Shown one piece after another: positions 28,360 to 39,400 of a stretch of DNA of 64,000 bases. The DNA is from Babesia bigemina. Taxonomy: Eukaryota. The notes beneath the pieces are model-generated. The model made no database searches. It was not told the DNA's origin and was given only the letters and a program-made list of their open reading frames with translations. The DNA lies in contig NC_027218.1 of the NCBI RefSeq assembly GCF_000981445.1, positions 3,410,001 through 3,474,000 of the forward strand, written 5' to 3'. The translations under genes and the position numbers were made by a program. Every line of letters starts with the position of its first letter. Position 1 is the first letter of the stretch.

Positions 28360-28626
28360 AATGCCCTGGCCAGTGTAGCCTTTGGAGGATGGATTGAAGC
28401 CGAGGAAAGTTTCGAGGCCGGTGCAGACGTTAGTAAGGATGTTAGTAGAGTTATTATTTAAGGTATTTTTAGGGTTTTAAATTTTGTCAAATTTCTTGCC
28501 AAGCTCCCTAGGCGGCACATGGTCAGGGCAGTGGCAAGAGGTGGAAGAAGGGAGGGGAAGGGTGACAGGGCACAAGTTATTGTCATGGTTTATAGAGGTC
28601 ATAGCGGTATTATGGCGAGGTGAACG

Positions 28627-28905
28627 GGCGATGTAGAGTGGATTAGGGAGCGATGTAGAGTGGGTTAAGGGGCGATGTGGAGTGGATAAAGGAGCGATGT
28701 AGAGTGGGTAAAGGAGCGATGTAGAGTGGGTTAGGGAGCGATGTAGAGTGGATAAGGAGCGATGTGGAGTGGGTTAGGGAGCGATGTGGAGTGGATAAAG
28801 GAGCGATGTAGAGTGGGTTAGGGAGCGATGTAGAGTGGATAAGGAGCGATGTGGAGTGGGTTAAGGAGCGATGTAGAGTGGATAAGGGAGCGATGTAGAG
28901 TGGAT
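28627..28905. repeat. Repeat A array, ~13 copies
   Basis: Same unit. Confidence 0.95.
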
Positions 28906-28929
28906 GATAAATACCACTTAGCTCACCAC

Positions 28930-29010
28930 TGTCATCGCTGCCGTGTCCATAACCATGTCACCGCTGCCGTGACCATGTCATCGCTGCCGTGACCATGTCA
29001 TCGCTGCCGT
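28930..29010. repeat. Repeat B array (short)
   Basis: Same unit. Confidence 0.88.
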
Positions 29011-29017
29011 GATTATT

Positions 29018-29407
29018 AACTTGGTCAGCACATTGGTCACCACTTTGGTCAGCACATTGGTCAGCACCTTGGTCACCACTTTGGTCAGCACATTGGTCAG
29101 CACCTTGGTCACCACTTTGGTCAGCACCTTGGTCAGCACGTTGGTCAGCACATAGGTCACCACTCTGGTCATGGCATTGGTCACCACTTTGGTCACCACT
29201 TTGGTCAGCACTCTGGTCATCACGTTGGTCACCACATTGGTCAGCACATTGGTCAACATGTTGGTCATGGCATTGGTCACCACGTTGGTCAGCACATTGG
29301 TCAACACGTTGGTCAGCACATTGGTCAGCACCTTGGTCAGCACTTTGGTCATGGCATTGGTCATGGCATTGGTCAGCACCTTGGTCAGCATCTTGGTCAT
29401 CACTTTA
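29018..29407. repeat. Repeat C array, ~32 copies
   Basis: Same unit. Confidence 0.93.
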
Positions 29408-29528
29408 GTTAACTACTACACAACCACATACAACGATTAATGAGTGATACAACAGATTAAAGCACAATTCATAAGTTAGGTGAGTAGGTGATGCTAGGTG
29501 AGTGTAGGATGTAACAACGTGAGTACGA

Positions 29529-32500
29529 TTATGGTTGCAGGTAAAACACTCTGTTAAGCTTGTTAACACGTCCAGCAGCAAGTAGTGATTGAGCAGCGAT
29601 ACGATGCGATGAGGGACTATGTAGATGCGATTTGATGTGGAGGAGGTCGAGGCGGATGACCATGATGTGGATGAGGTAGAGGAGAGAGAGGAGCCAGAGG
29701 GCGACGTTGAGCCAGATGAAGGGGGCGCGAATTTTGAAGAGGAATTCGTCGCACTTGTTGAAAAGTTCAGTGAAGTTTCTCGAATTGAGTACGTTGCGTA
29801 GTTGAGTGTAGAAGTGACCACAATATCTTATTCCATCCGTGTCGAGCAAAATGCTTGATTCACCAAATGTAAATCCGTATGCGTAGAAGGTGCTCGAGAC
29901 TCCGCGACAGTTTACAATACTTCCGCATTTGCAATTGTAGTTTGCTCCGTGCTGTCCTCTCTTACAGTCGTCACCACGCAAACAACCCTGGCATCCCCAG
30001 TCTTGACAAGCGATGGAACAGAATCCAATGTATAGATTGTTTAGTGAATTCCAAAAAACCCATGGAAGGTATAAGGCCCAAGAGAGGTACGTAGCAGAAT
30101 GTTTCTTGGCAAGATAATAATACGAATCGCGGCATAATGACTGAAGGTAGGGAGCGCAGTATATGTTGTCTTTTGGAGCAAATAGGCACGGTTTAGTCAT
30201 TGATAGGCTCGACACATCGGGAGAAGTAGCGGTGCTGTGGTCATGCGTATTCCGACTGCTACCATAAGCTTTACGAAGCGCATCAGTGAATTCCGTAGGC
30301 ACGTCGTGCAGTTTAACCGATTGTTTAGTAACGGCGTCTGTCAACCACGTGAGATGCCTGGGAGCTATTTTTTCATTCCAACTTCTTACAAGGGCCGACG
30401 CAAACTCAAAGTGTTCGGGCAATGTAGACGGCGGCTTGGGCATTAAACCGAACAGCGATATGATGTTCGAGTTGTCGAAGAATTTGGTCAGCACTTCACC
30501 CAGCTCCTTGCCTGTCTTCGTACTTCCGGAGAAACCTCTAAAGCCAAGGGGTGTCAGACACGGCTGTCCGGGCACGCCTTTGGGGCAGTTGCTGCATACG
30601 GATTTGCATCCCATGGCAGTCAGGTTGTGAGGAAGATGGCCGGGGAGCGTGTCGGACAGATATGATTGGAGCGGTGATCTAGGCAGGCAGTCGGTTTGCT
30701 TGTCATCTGGATGCTTATCACAATGCGATTTACCGGTCGAGATATCTCTGCCATAGAGGCAATTCGACCAACCAATATGGTGAGTTTCCAGCTTGCACTG
30801 GCTATGCAAGAATCTGAACACGGGGAACAATCTGCGTAGGATGTCCATCAATAGTTCGAGGCAACTGGCAGCATCAGTTGGATAATGTAGATTAAGCGAG
30901 TTATTGCAGAAGTCAACGGCATAAATTGTGTATGCGTCGCCGTAGCCGATGATCTCACTCAGCACGTCATATGCTCTGGAACACAGGCGCTTCACTGCTC
31001 TCTGTGCTTCGTTACACTCAATTGGGTGTGGATACGCCTGTAGTGGTTGCTCGCTGACAACGGTCACGGGGATGTCACCGTTCTCAGTTGGCTGGTTCTT
31101 AGGATCGACGAATAGCTCGCTGACAGCGTCACGCCATAGATCCTCATAGACGTCATTGCAAGGCAGACCAGACAGCCAACAGAGCATCTCGTATATAGAA
31201 CACGGGCGTCTCTTTGACGATGAAGTAGCTATGTGACCGATTTTGTAATAATCGTTAAGGTAAATGTACATATTTTCGAGTGGACGTCTGACATTGTTGT
31301 CTGTATGATACACATGTTCATAATCATTGCCTGCAAGGGACATTTGTATTCCTTTACCAGTCAAGTGTCTTTTTACTTCTCCATTTTGTTCAGTTGTGGA
31401 GTCGCAAACATCGTAACCTTGATCGGCGACGAGTCTTCCGAGGTCACTAAAAGCGGTTGTTTGTTGTCCGCTAAGATTTCTGGAACCTCGTCTCAGAGAA
31501 GCCAACGAAGACCTTAAGGTCGAAACTACGGTCAGAAAAAGCTTACTTAACTTAGTTCCGTAAGCTGTTAATTTCCCTTTTTCTTCAAGGTTAGCACCAA
31601 AAGTCTCCCCCGAGTACCTGCTGACGTACTGCTTCGCAAGCTCCCCGTGGAACGCGGTGACGCCGGCCCTGACGCCGTTGAGCAGCGGGGAGGCCTCGGC
31701 GAATTGGGTAGGGGTGAGGGCGGTGAGCTGCGTTTGGAGTTCGGCGAGATTGGAGGAGACGGCGGCGGAGAAGTGTTTTGCGTCGAAAATGGTATCAAGC
31801 AAATTATCAAGGGATGAGGTAACCGGCTCCATGGTTGTCGAGTAGGGAGAGACGTCATCTTGTTCCGACAATTCATGGAAAAAATTATGACAAAAGTTCT
31901 TTACGTGACTGGTATATATATAAAAATCAATGCTTGATGGACTGATGGGATGTATCTCAAATGTGTCACTCAACTTGTTCATCAGGCCTTTGAGGCCGGT
32001 CGAAAAATCATGCTCGATTATCTGTTGGATTTTGGGGAGCTGATCTGTTATACATTCCCGTAGTGAAAGAAAATTTGTTTTTCTCTGATCGCTGAACATT
32101 TTCTGCACGTGTTCTTCTAACACGTTGAATGCGTCATTCACCTGCTTCTGCAAGTCAACCTTCAAGTCTTGCAGTTTCCTATTCGAAGTATCCCGAGCGG
32201 CTTGTAGAGCTCTCTCAATTGATTCAACGGTTTTGGTTAAGGTCTTTTCGGCCGCTCCGATAAGCGATGTAATGGGATCGATTGTGTCTTTTATTGCTGT
32301 AATTTTATTTTTCAGCTCTTCCATCAATCCATCAGCATGGGCCTCCGCTTGTCTGATGACCTCGGGTACATTTTTTAATTTTTCAAGTTCTTCCTGAATT
32401 TTGTCAACTGCGCTCGTTAGAGACTTTTGGGTCGATTCAAATTGGTGCATCAATGATGATACCTTTATATCACCAGTACCAAATACATTAACTGCCTGAT

Positions 32501-34697
32501 CAATAGCGGTATCAGCTGCATCCTGGATCTTTTCTCGGGCTTCCGTGTCGAAATCGTCAACGGCTGCACCAAGCTTGTTAGTGACGTTGGCCTTAAACGT
32601 GCCGAGCAGTCCGTCAACCTCCTTCTTCACGTGATCGATAGCGTTGTCTAAGTCTCTGACGGGAATTACGCCATTGCTGCCTGGAGTCTTAGCGGCCTTA
32701 GTAAGATGACCGTGAAGTGTACCAATTTTCGGTGTGGCCTCTTTTAACGCCTTGGTGATCCCATCGCCTGGTTGCTTTCCTGCTCCTTCTTTGTCGCCAA
32801 GTTTTGTTATTATCGATGCAGCCTTTTGTGTAGCATCATCCACGTTTGATATTTTGGCATCACTGTTTGCCAATGATTCAAAAACTGTCGCAAGATTTCG
32901 AGCCGCACCGGAAACATATTGCAACACAGTTTTTACAGCAGCTTTAAAAGCATGTACATAGATATTATCTGTTGAATCGGCTGACTGCAACTTGGCTTCA
33001 CGCTTAATTTCGGTGATAAATGTATCAATATTTGCAGAATTAGCTTTATCACCAACTGCATCAGCAACTTTCTTCAGATATTCATACACACCTCGAAGGA
33101 TTGCCTGGACAGTGTCCCCGGATCTGGGTTTGTTGCCATTAACCTTCTTAACAACCTCCTTGATTTGCTTCATTATTGCGTTTACCATCGTCGTAACCGT
33201 GTTGTTCATAGTTCTATCTTTCACATAATAACTAATATCCCTTTTTACTCCTTCATTGTCCAAAATCTCTTTCGCCCATTTTTCCACTGTGCTGTGCCCC
33301 TCTTCTGCCTTATCCATATTAGTGCCTATCTTTGTGGCATAGGTTCCAAGAGTTTCTATAATTTCACCCAGTTTTCCTGACCTCGTCCTTCCATCTATCT
33401 TATATATACTCTCAACAAGACTCTCAATCTGCATTTTTAGCCTTTTCCAATTGTAATATATGCTGTCTGATGCCGGATAACCCGGTGGCTGCGTATCTCC
33501 AACCTTAGCTTTAATCCCTGCAACTCTTTCTTCAAGACAATTAAATATATCTTCAAGTCGTTTGCTGCTTCCAGCATTGCCGAAATCTTTGCCTACCTCT
33601 CCGATTTTTGTACGAACTGCGCTGATCAAAGTACTAAGACGCTCCTGAATATGTGTTACAAATAATCTATCAATGTTTCCATTTTGTGATGAACCTGAGT
33701 CATTAGTGATTCTTTCAAGTTTTTGTTTCTCTGCTGCAAGTTCGGCCAATTCAGTTTGAACAAAAGTGCTAACGTCTCTTCTAAGTCCTTCGATTCTTTG
33801 TCTCAACAGTAGCAAATCTTTCTGCACATCTTTTTCGAGAGTGCTTACATTGGATTGAGCCACTTCGAATTGCTGCAAAAGCGCAGTCTTAGGACCATCA
33901 TTTTTTGCAAACTCCTCCACTTTACTTTTAAGCTCACCAATTTTAATAGTGATGTTATTTTTATATCTGTTTGTATAGTTAAGCCCTTTATCACCAAGCA
34001 AATCCTGAATTAACTTTTGTGCGTCTTTCACAGCCTTTCTGATGATCTCAATTTGACTTTGCGTCGTTCTCTTATGATTATTAATTCTGCTCTCAATGCT
34101 CCCATGATGCTGATGTAGCGTTTGTTTCGCAGCCTGTATTTCGGTTTCGATATGTTTGTTAAGCTTTTGCGGAATGACCGTGAAGTTATTATCAAGAGCC
34201 TCTACGGAACTTATGACGCCGGCATCATTGACAGAATTCCAAAAATGCTGCACTACTTGCTTTATCAAATCTAATTTGGGCGACAGTTCTTTTTTAAGCT
34301 TGTCATCAATTCCGTTTAAGGCTTCATATGAATCCATAGCCTCCTGGAGGTACAGAGCAGTAAATCCACGCCATGTGGAGAGCTGATCTATAATCAATTC
34401 GCCACTCATATCAACTGAAGCATGGCCTTCTAACGTTTTTTCAAGATTTTCCAACGGTGTCATTACCGCTTTATTTTTTTCCTCCACCCCCCTCACCCAC
34501 GCCTGAATCCCCTGACTGACAAAGGCAATACTACTATCAAAATTTTTTCTATTATATTTAGCGTGTTTAATGCTATTTAATATGGTTTCTAAATTGTTAT
34601 TATAAATAGTTAAATTTGTATTCTTTTTTACTTCAGTGATTATACTAGACAAAAATCCCATCACCCCGTCACACAGCCTGTCCAGGTCAGAGTACAC
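29529..34697 (-). CDS. ves: VESA-like protein G4 (tail B, short N-terminus); leader ATG 34940 in frame but interrupted by TAA 34815-34817; first downstream ATG 34661
   Basis: 1722-codon ORF, tail HRIAAQSLLAAGRVNKLNRVFYLQP. Confidence 0.8.
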   Translation of the reverse strand: MYSDLDRLCDGVMGFLSSIITEVKKNTNLTIYNNNLETILNSIKHAKYNRKNFDSSIAFVSQGIQAWVRGVEEKNKAVMTPLENLEKTLEGHASVDMSGELIIDQLSTWRGFTALYLQEAMDSYEALNGIDDKLKKELSPKLDLIKQVVQHFWNSVNDAGVISSVEALDNNFTVIPQKLNKHIETEIQAAKQTLHQHHGSIESRINNHKRTTQSQIEIIRKAVKDAQKLIQDLLGDKGLNYTNRYKNNITIKIGELKSKVEEFAKNDGPKTALLQQFEVAQSNVSTLEKDVQKDLLLLRQRIEGLRRDVSTFVQTELAELAAEKQKLERITNDSGSSQNGNIDRLFVTHIQERLSTLISAVRTKIGEVGKDFGNAGSSKRLEDIFNCLEERVAGIKAKVGDTQPPGYPASDSIYYNWKRLKMQIESLVESIYKIDGRTRSGKLGEIIETLGTYATKIGTNMDKAEEGHSTVEKWAKEILDNEGVKRDISYYVKDRTMNNTVTTMVNAIMKQIKEVVKKVNGNKPRSGDTVQAILRGVYEYLKKVADAVGDKANSANIDTFITEIKREAKLQSADSTDNIYVHAFKAAVKTVLQYVSGAARNLATVFESLANSDAKISNVDDATQKAASIITKLGDKEGAGKQPGDGITKALKEATPKIGTLHGHLTKAAKTPGSNGVIPVRDLDNAIDHVKKEVDGLLGTFKANVTNKLGAAVDDFDTEAREKIQDAADTAIDQAVNVFGTGDIKVSSLMHQFESTQKSLTSAVDKIQEELEKLKNVPEVIRQAEAHADGLMEELKNKITAIKDTIDPITSLIGAAEKTLTKTVESIERALQAARDTSNRKLQDLKVDLQKQVNDAFNVLEEHVQKMFSDQRKTNFLSLRECITDQLPKIQQIIEHDFSTGLKGLMNKLSDTFEIHPISPSSIDFYIYTSHVKNFCHNFFHELSEQDDVSPYSTTMEPVTSSLDNLLDTIFDAKHFSAAVSSNLAELQTQLTALTPTQFAEASPLLNGVRAGVTAFHGELAKQYVSRYSGETFGANLEEKGKLTAYGTKLSKLFLTVVSTLRSSLASLRRGSRNLSGQQTTAFSDLGRLVADQGYDVCDSTTEQNGEVKRHLTGKGIQMSLAGNDYEHVYHTDNNVRRPLENMYIYLNDYYKIGHIATSSSKRRPCSIYEMLCWLSGLPCNDVYEDLWRDAVSELFVDPKNQPTENGDIPVTVVSEQPLQAYPHPIECNEAQRAVKRLCSRAYDVLSEIIGYGDAYTIYAVDFCNNSLNLHYPTDAASCLELLMDILRRLFPVFRFLHSQCKLETHHIGWSNCLYGRDISTGKSHCDKHPDDKQTDCLPRSPLQSYLSDTLPGHLPHNLTAMGCKSVCSNCPKGVPGQPCLTPLGFRGFSGSTKTGKELGEVLTKFFDNSNIISLFGLMPKPPSTLPEHFEFASALVRSWNEKIAPRHLTWLTDAVTKQSVKLHDVPTEFTDALRKAYGSSRNTHDHSTATSPDVSSLSMTKPCLFAPKDNIYCAPYLQSLCRDSYYYLAKKHSATYLSWALYLPWVFWNSLNNLYIGFCSIACQDWGCQGCLRGDDCKRGQHGANYNCKCGSIVNCRGVSSTFYAYGFTFGESSILLDTDGIRYCGHFYTQLRNVLNSRNFTELFNKCDEFLFKIRAPFIWLNVALWLLSLLYLIHIMVIRLDLLHIKSHLHSPSSHRIAAQSLLAAGRVNKLNRVFYLQP

Positions 34698-34964
34698 GAT
34701 CCCCTGGCCAGTGTAGCCTTTGGACTCAGAGTTGAAGCCGAGGAATTTTTCGAGGCCGGTGCAGAGGTTATTAAGGATGTTAGTAGGGTTGTTATTTGAG
34801 GTGTTTTTAAGGTTTTAAATTTTGTCAAATTTCTTGTCAAGCTCCCTAGGCGGCACATGGTCAGGGCAGTGGCAAGAGGTGGAAAAAGGGAAGTGAAGGG
34901 TGACAAGGCAGAAGTTATTATTGTGGTCTAAAGAGGTCATAGCGGTATTAAGGCGAGGTGATTC

Positions 34965-35482
34965 GAGCGATGTAGAGTGGATAAGGGGCGATGTAGAGTG
35001 GATAAGGGAGCGATGTAGAGTGGGTAAAGGGGCGATGTAAGGTGGATTAGGGAGCGATGTGGAGTGCATAAAGGAGCGATGTAGAGTGGGTTAAGGGGCG
35101 ATGTAGAGTGGATAAGGAGCGATGTAGAGTGGATAAAGGGGCGATGTAGAGTGGGTTAGGGAGCGATGTAGAGTAGATAAGGGCGATGTGGAGTGGGTTA
35201 AGGGGCGATGTAGAGTGGATAAGGGGCGATGTAGGGTGGGTTAGGGAGCGATGTAGGGTGGGTTAAGGGGCGATGTAGAGTGGGTTAAGGGGCGATGTGG
35301 AGTGGGTTAGGGAGCGATGTAAGGTGGGTTAGGGAGCGATGTGGAGTGGGTTAGGGAGCGATGTAAGGTGGGTTAGGGAGCGATGTAGAGTGGATTAAGG
35401 GGCGATGTAGACTGGATAAAGGGGCGATGAAGAGTGGGTTAGGGAGCGATGTAGAATGGGTTAAGGAGCGATGTGGAGTGGA
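34965..35482. repeat. Repeat A array, ~24 copies
   Basis: Same unit. Confidence 0.95.
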
Positions 35483-35498
35483 TATAAATCACCACTTA

Positions 35499-35997
35499 TG
35501 TCATCGCTGCCGTGTCCATGTCGTCGCTGCCGTGTCCATATCATCGCTGCCGTGACCATGTCATCGCTGCCGTGACCATGACATCGCTGCCGTGTCCATA
35601 TCATCGCTGCCGTGACCATGTCATCGCTGCTGTGTCCATGTCATCGCTGCCGTGACCATGTCATCGCTGCTGTGTCCATGTCATCGCTGCCGTGACCATA
35701 TAATCGCTGCCGTGACCATGTCATCGCTGCCGTGACCATGACATCGCTGCCGTGTCCATATCATCGCTGCCGTGACCATGTCATCGCTGCTGTGTCCATG
35801 TCATCGCTGCCGTGACCATGTCATCGCTGCCGTGACCATTTCATCGCTGCCGTGACCATGTCACCGCTGCCGTGACCATGTCATCGCCGCCGTGACCATG
35901 TCATCGCTGCCGTAACCATGTCATCGCTGCCGTAACCAGGTCATCGCTGCCGTGTCCATGTCATCGCTGCCGTGTCCATGTCATCGCTGCCGTGACT
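35499..35997. repeat. Repeat B array, ~25 copies
   Basis: Same unit. Confidence 0.95.
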
Positions 35998-36000
35998 ATC

Positions 36001-36296
36001 AACTTGGTCACCACGTTGGTCATGGCATTGGTCAGCACTCTGGTCAGCACATTGGTCAGCACTTTGGTCACCACTTTGGTCATGGCATTGGTCAGCATCT
36101 TGGTCACCACATTGGTCAGCACCTTGGTCACCACGTTGGTCAGCACCTTGGTCAGCACATTGGTCACCACGTTGGTCGTCGCATTGGTCAGCATTTTGGT
36201 CACCACTTTGGTCAGCACGTTGGTCAACACTTTGGTCAGCACATTGGTCAGCACTTTAGTCAACACGTTGGTCAGCATCTTGGTCACCACTTTAGT
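36001..36296. repeat. Repeat C array
   Basis: Same unit. Confidence 0.93.
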
Positions 36297-36417
36297 TAAC
36301 TATTACACAATCACGTACAACGATTAATGAGTGATTCAAAACATTAGACAAGAATTAGTTGTATAGGTGAGTAGGTGAGATGCTAGGTGAGTGTAGATAG
36401 TAAACACGTGAGTACGA

Positions 36418-39400
36418 TTACGGCTGCAGATAAAACACTCTGTTAAGCTTGTTAACACGTGCAGCGGCGAGTAGTGATTGAGCAGCTATCCTATGACTCG
36501 AGGGACTATGCAAATGCGATTTAATGTGCAGCAGGTCGAGGCGGATGACCATGATGTGGAGCAGGTACAGGAAAGAGAGGAGCCAGAGGGCGACGTTGAG
36601 CCAGATGAAGGGGGCGCGAATTTTGAAGAGGAATTCAGGGATAGTTTTGTGCACAAGGTTGTAGAGCACGCTTCCTGGTTTTACAACATTCCCTAATGTC
36701 TTGCAAAATTCGACGCACGTCCTTTTGGTGTTGATACGCTTGGCTCCATTTAGCGATTCTGCGTCTCGGAAAGTAAATCCATACTTGTATAATATGGGTA
36801 GCGTCGACTGGCAGCTAACAACAGAAATGCAGGCGTGATCGTGACTCGGGTCAGCACTTCTTTTGGTCTGTTGCCTTTCACAGCCCTTTGCGCAGCTCTG
36901 CGTACTGCATCTAGTCCCCGGTTTGCCACACTTGCTATTGCACTCCTCAAACAATTGCTGAAGCACATAATAGAATGATTCCGTCAAATAGAGGACGGAT
37001 GACAGATACCGATCGGCGTGCTTGACGGTGAACGTTGTGCTGACTTCGGAGCATATAGGTTTCATGTAAGGACCACAGGCGTGAGATGAGTTGGAACTCG
37101 GATTACAGCTTAACAGGGAGTAGAGAGCACCATCAGCATGCTTACCGAATTTGTGGCTTGTAGTTCCAAGCATCGGCGTGATTTCCAGCTGGGTACTGGA
37201 ATTTTCAAAATTTGCAGCAATGACGGCACTGTTGAACGCCTCTTCTCTGTGCGTTATAAGTGATTTAAATCTCTGATCATTCCAGTCGACAAGCAAACAT
37301 TGGAAGAATGCGAACATCTGATCAAATGTTTTGGGAGCACTGGGCAGCACACAACGGAGCATAGAGCACATGGCAGTGAGGGGAGATGACGCAGTGCCGC
37401 AGAACTCAGCAAGCACATATCTAATATGCCTGCCAGTGTACCTGTGCGATGCCATGATGGAAATATCCTTGAAGCCCATGGGCGTTTTGCATGGCCCGTT
37501 GGTATGGCTTTTGACCGGGCAGTTGAGTTTGCCGGAGTTCCCATCTAGGTTATGCGGTAGGAAGCCCCGTAACCCGTCCTCTAGGTAAGATTGTAGAGGT
37601 GATTTTACGCCGCACCTTGGATGCCTTTTGCATTTCTCGGCACTGTTGCAATCGCCGCAGCTGAGGTCATTGCACCGCCAACCCGAGCCACCGACGCCTT
37701 GACCGTATTCGCACTCACGCCAGCCACTCATCGAAGTTGAACGTTTGCACTGATCTAACAAGAAATACAGTTGGTTGTACAGGCGGTTTACGATTTCGCA
37801 TAGCATACATACTAAGGTGTCCATGTTGGTGGGATACTGGAAGCCTTGCGGGTTGGTGTTGAAGTCGCAGGCGTAGATGCCGTCACCGTGGCCGTGACCC
37901 AAGAGAACAATAAGAGTCTCTTCGGCTTGGTGGCATACGGCTGTGAGGGTATCCGAGAGGCAAGTAGCTGTGATCTTCTTCGGGTAAGCCTCCAACGCAT
38001 TGTCATCTTCCGTCTTGAGAGTGATCTCGCTGTCATCCGTGTCGTCATCCTCCCTAACGACAGGGTCAGCGTTTTGATCACTCGCTTCCGATGCCGTTTC
38101 CTGTGGTTTTTCAAACAGGTTAGCGAAACCGTTGAGTGTCAACTCGTGATGGACGCGATTGTGAGAGAGACCGGTCAGCCAGCATAGCATATCGAATATT
38201 GAAGACGGGTGTTTTTTGGAGGTGGCAGTAAAGTGACAGATTTGGTAGTAAAAGTGGAGGTAGTCAAATAGATCCTTAAGTAATCCGGAGTGATCCTGCG
38301 ACGATCGCTTATCAAATACCGCAGATGGAGCAACGAGCAGCTCCAAAATGTTATGGCTCCTACACTCCCCATGGTTACGCAATTCACCGTCCTGCTTCGA
38401 AGAGTCAGTGGCAACGTGGTAGCCATTCGACCGGAAGAAATCACCGAGCGGATTCTTTTTGTCGCTGGTTGACGCATAGATTCTCTTGACATTCCCAACC
38501 TGACCGCATACTCTCCTCATCTCGACCAGAGCGTTGAAGAGAATCGAAAACACGGTGAGACACACCTTCGAACACTTCTTGCCGTACGCTGTCAAATCAT
38601 ACGTATTCTCAGATTTTTCGGTTGTGACTTTAATCCGATGGTTAGTCGTCAAATCATCGGTAAGCAACGCACGATCATACTTCGATATGTAGACGCTTCT
38701 CATCTCACTAACAAATTTGGTGAGCCCAGCGGCAATGCTGTCGAGTATGGCAGTGTTCGGCTTGGCGAAGGTTTCTGGTTTTAGTCCGGCGATCTCAGCG
38801 TCGAGCTTGTCAAGCTTTCCGTGCGTCTCATGGTCATACCCATTCTTGCTGGTGAAGTGCATGAGCACCTCATCGAGTGCGCCGAAAACAGATTTAAGCT
38901 TTTTAGTGTACGTAACCTCAGAAACTGTCGGCGCGCGATTCTTTCTTTTCCTTTCCTCCATATCCACTCTGTCGATCTCACGTTCCAGCAGCATTTGCCA
39001 TGGCCCGAAACAGAGCTTAAAGGCGTATGATAACTTATGAACAGTATAATCACCGTTGCGTAAATCATTAGTAAGAGGAACGTGGAAGTCTTTCATGAAC
39101 CCCTTAAATCCAATCTTCAAGTCCGCATCAATTTTCCTGGGCAGATCCCTCAACTCAGTCCTCACCTTGCCGGCAAACTCCGTGAGCAGGAACTTGATGG
39201 CCTCGACGTACGTTTTGCGGGCGTGGGTGGTGAGCTTGTCGGTGGCTTTTTGGATGTCCTTTTTGACGTGGTCTGAAATTAGTTGAGTGTAATGCTTATC
39301 GGCTCCGGCTAGGTACGAGTCAAGTAGATCGGTGGCGTCTTTGAGGGCCGTAGACACGGGGCCAGTTTGCAGCTCGTGAAGTTTTTCATGAATTTCCTGA

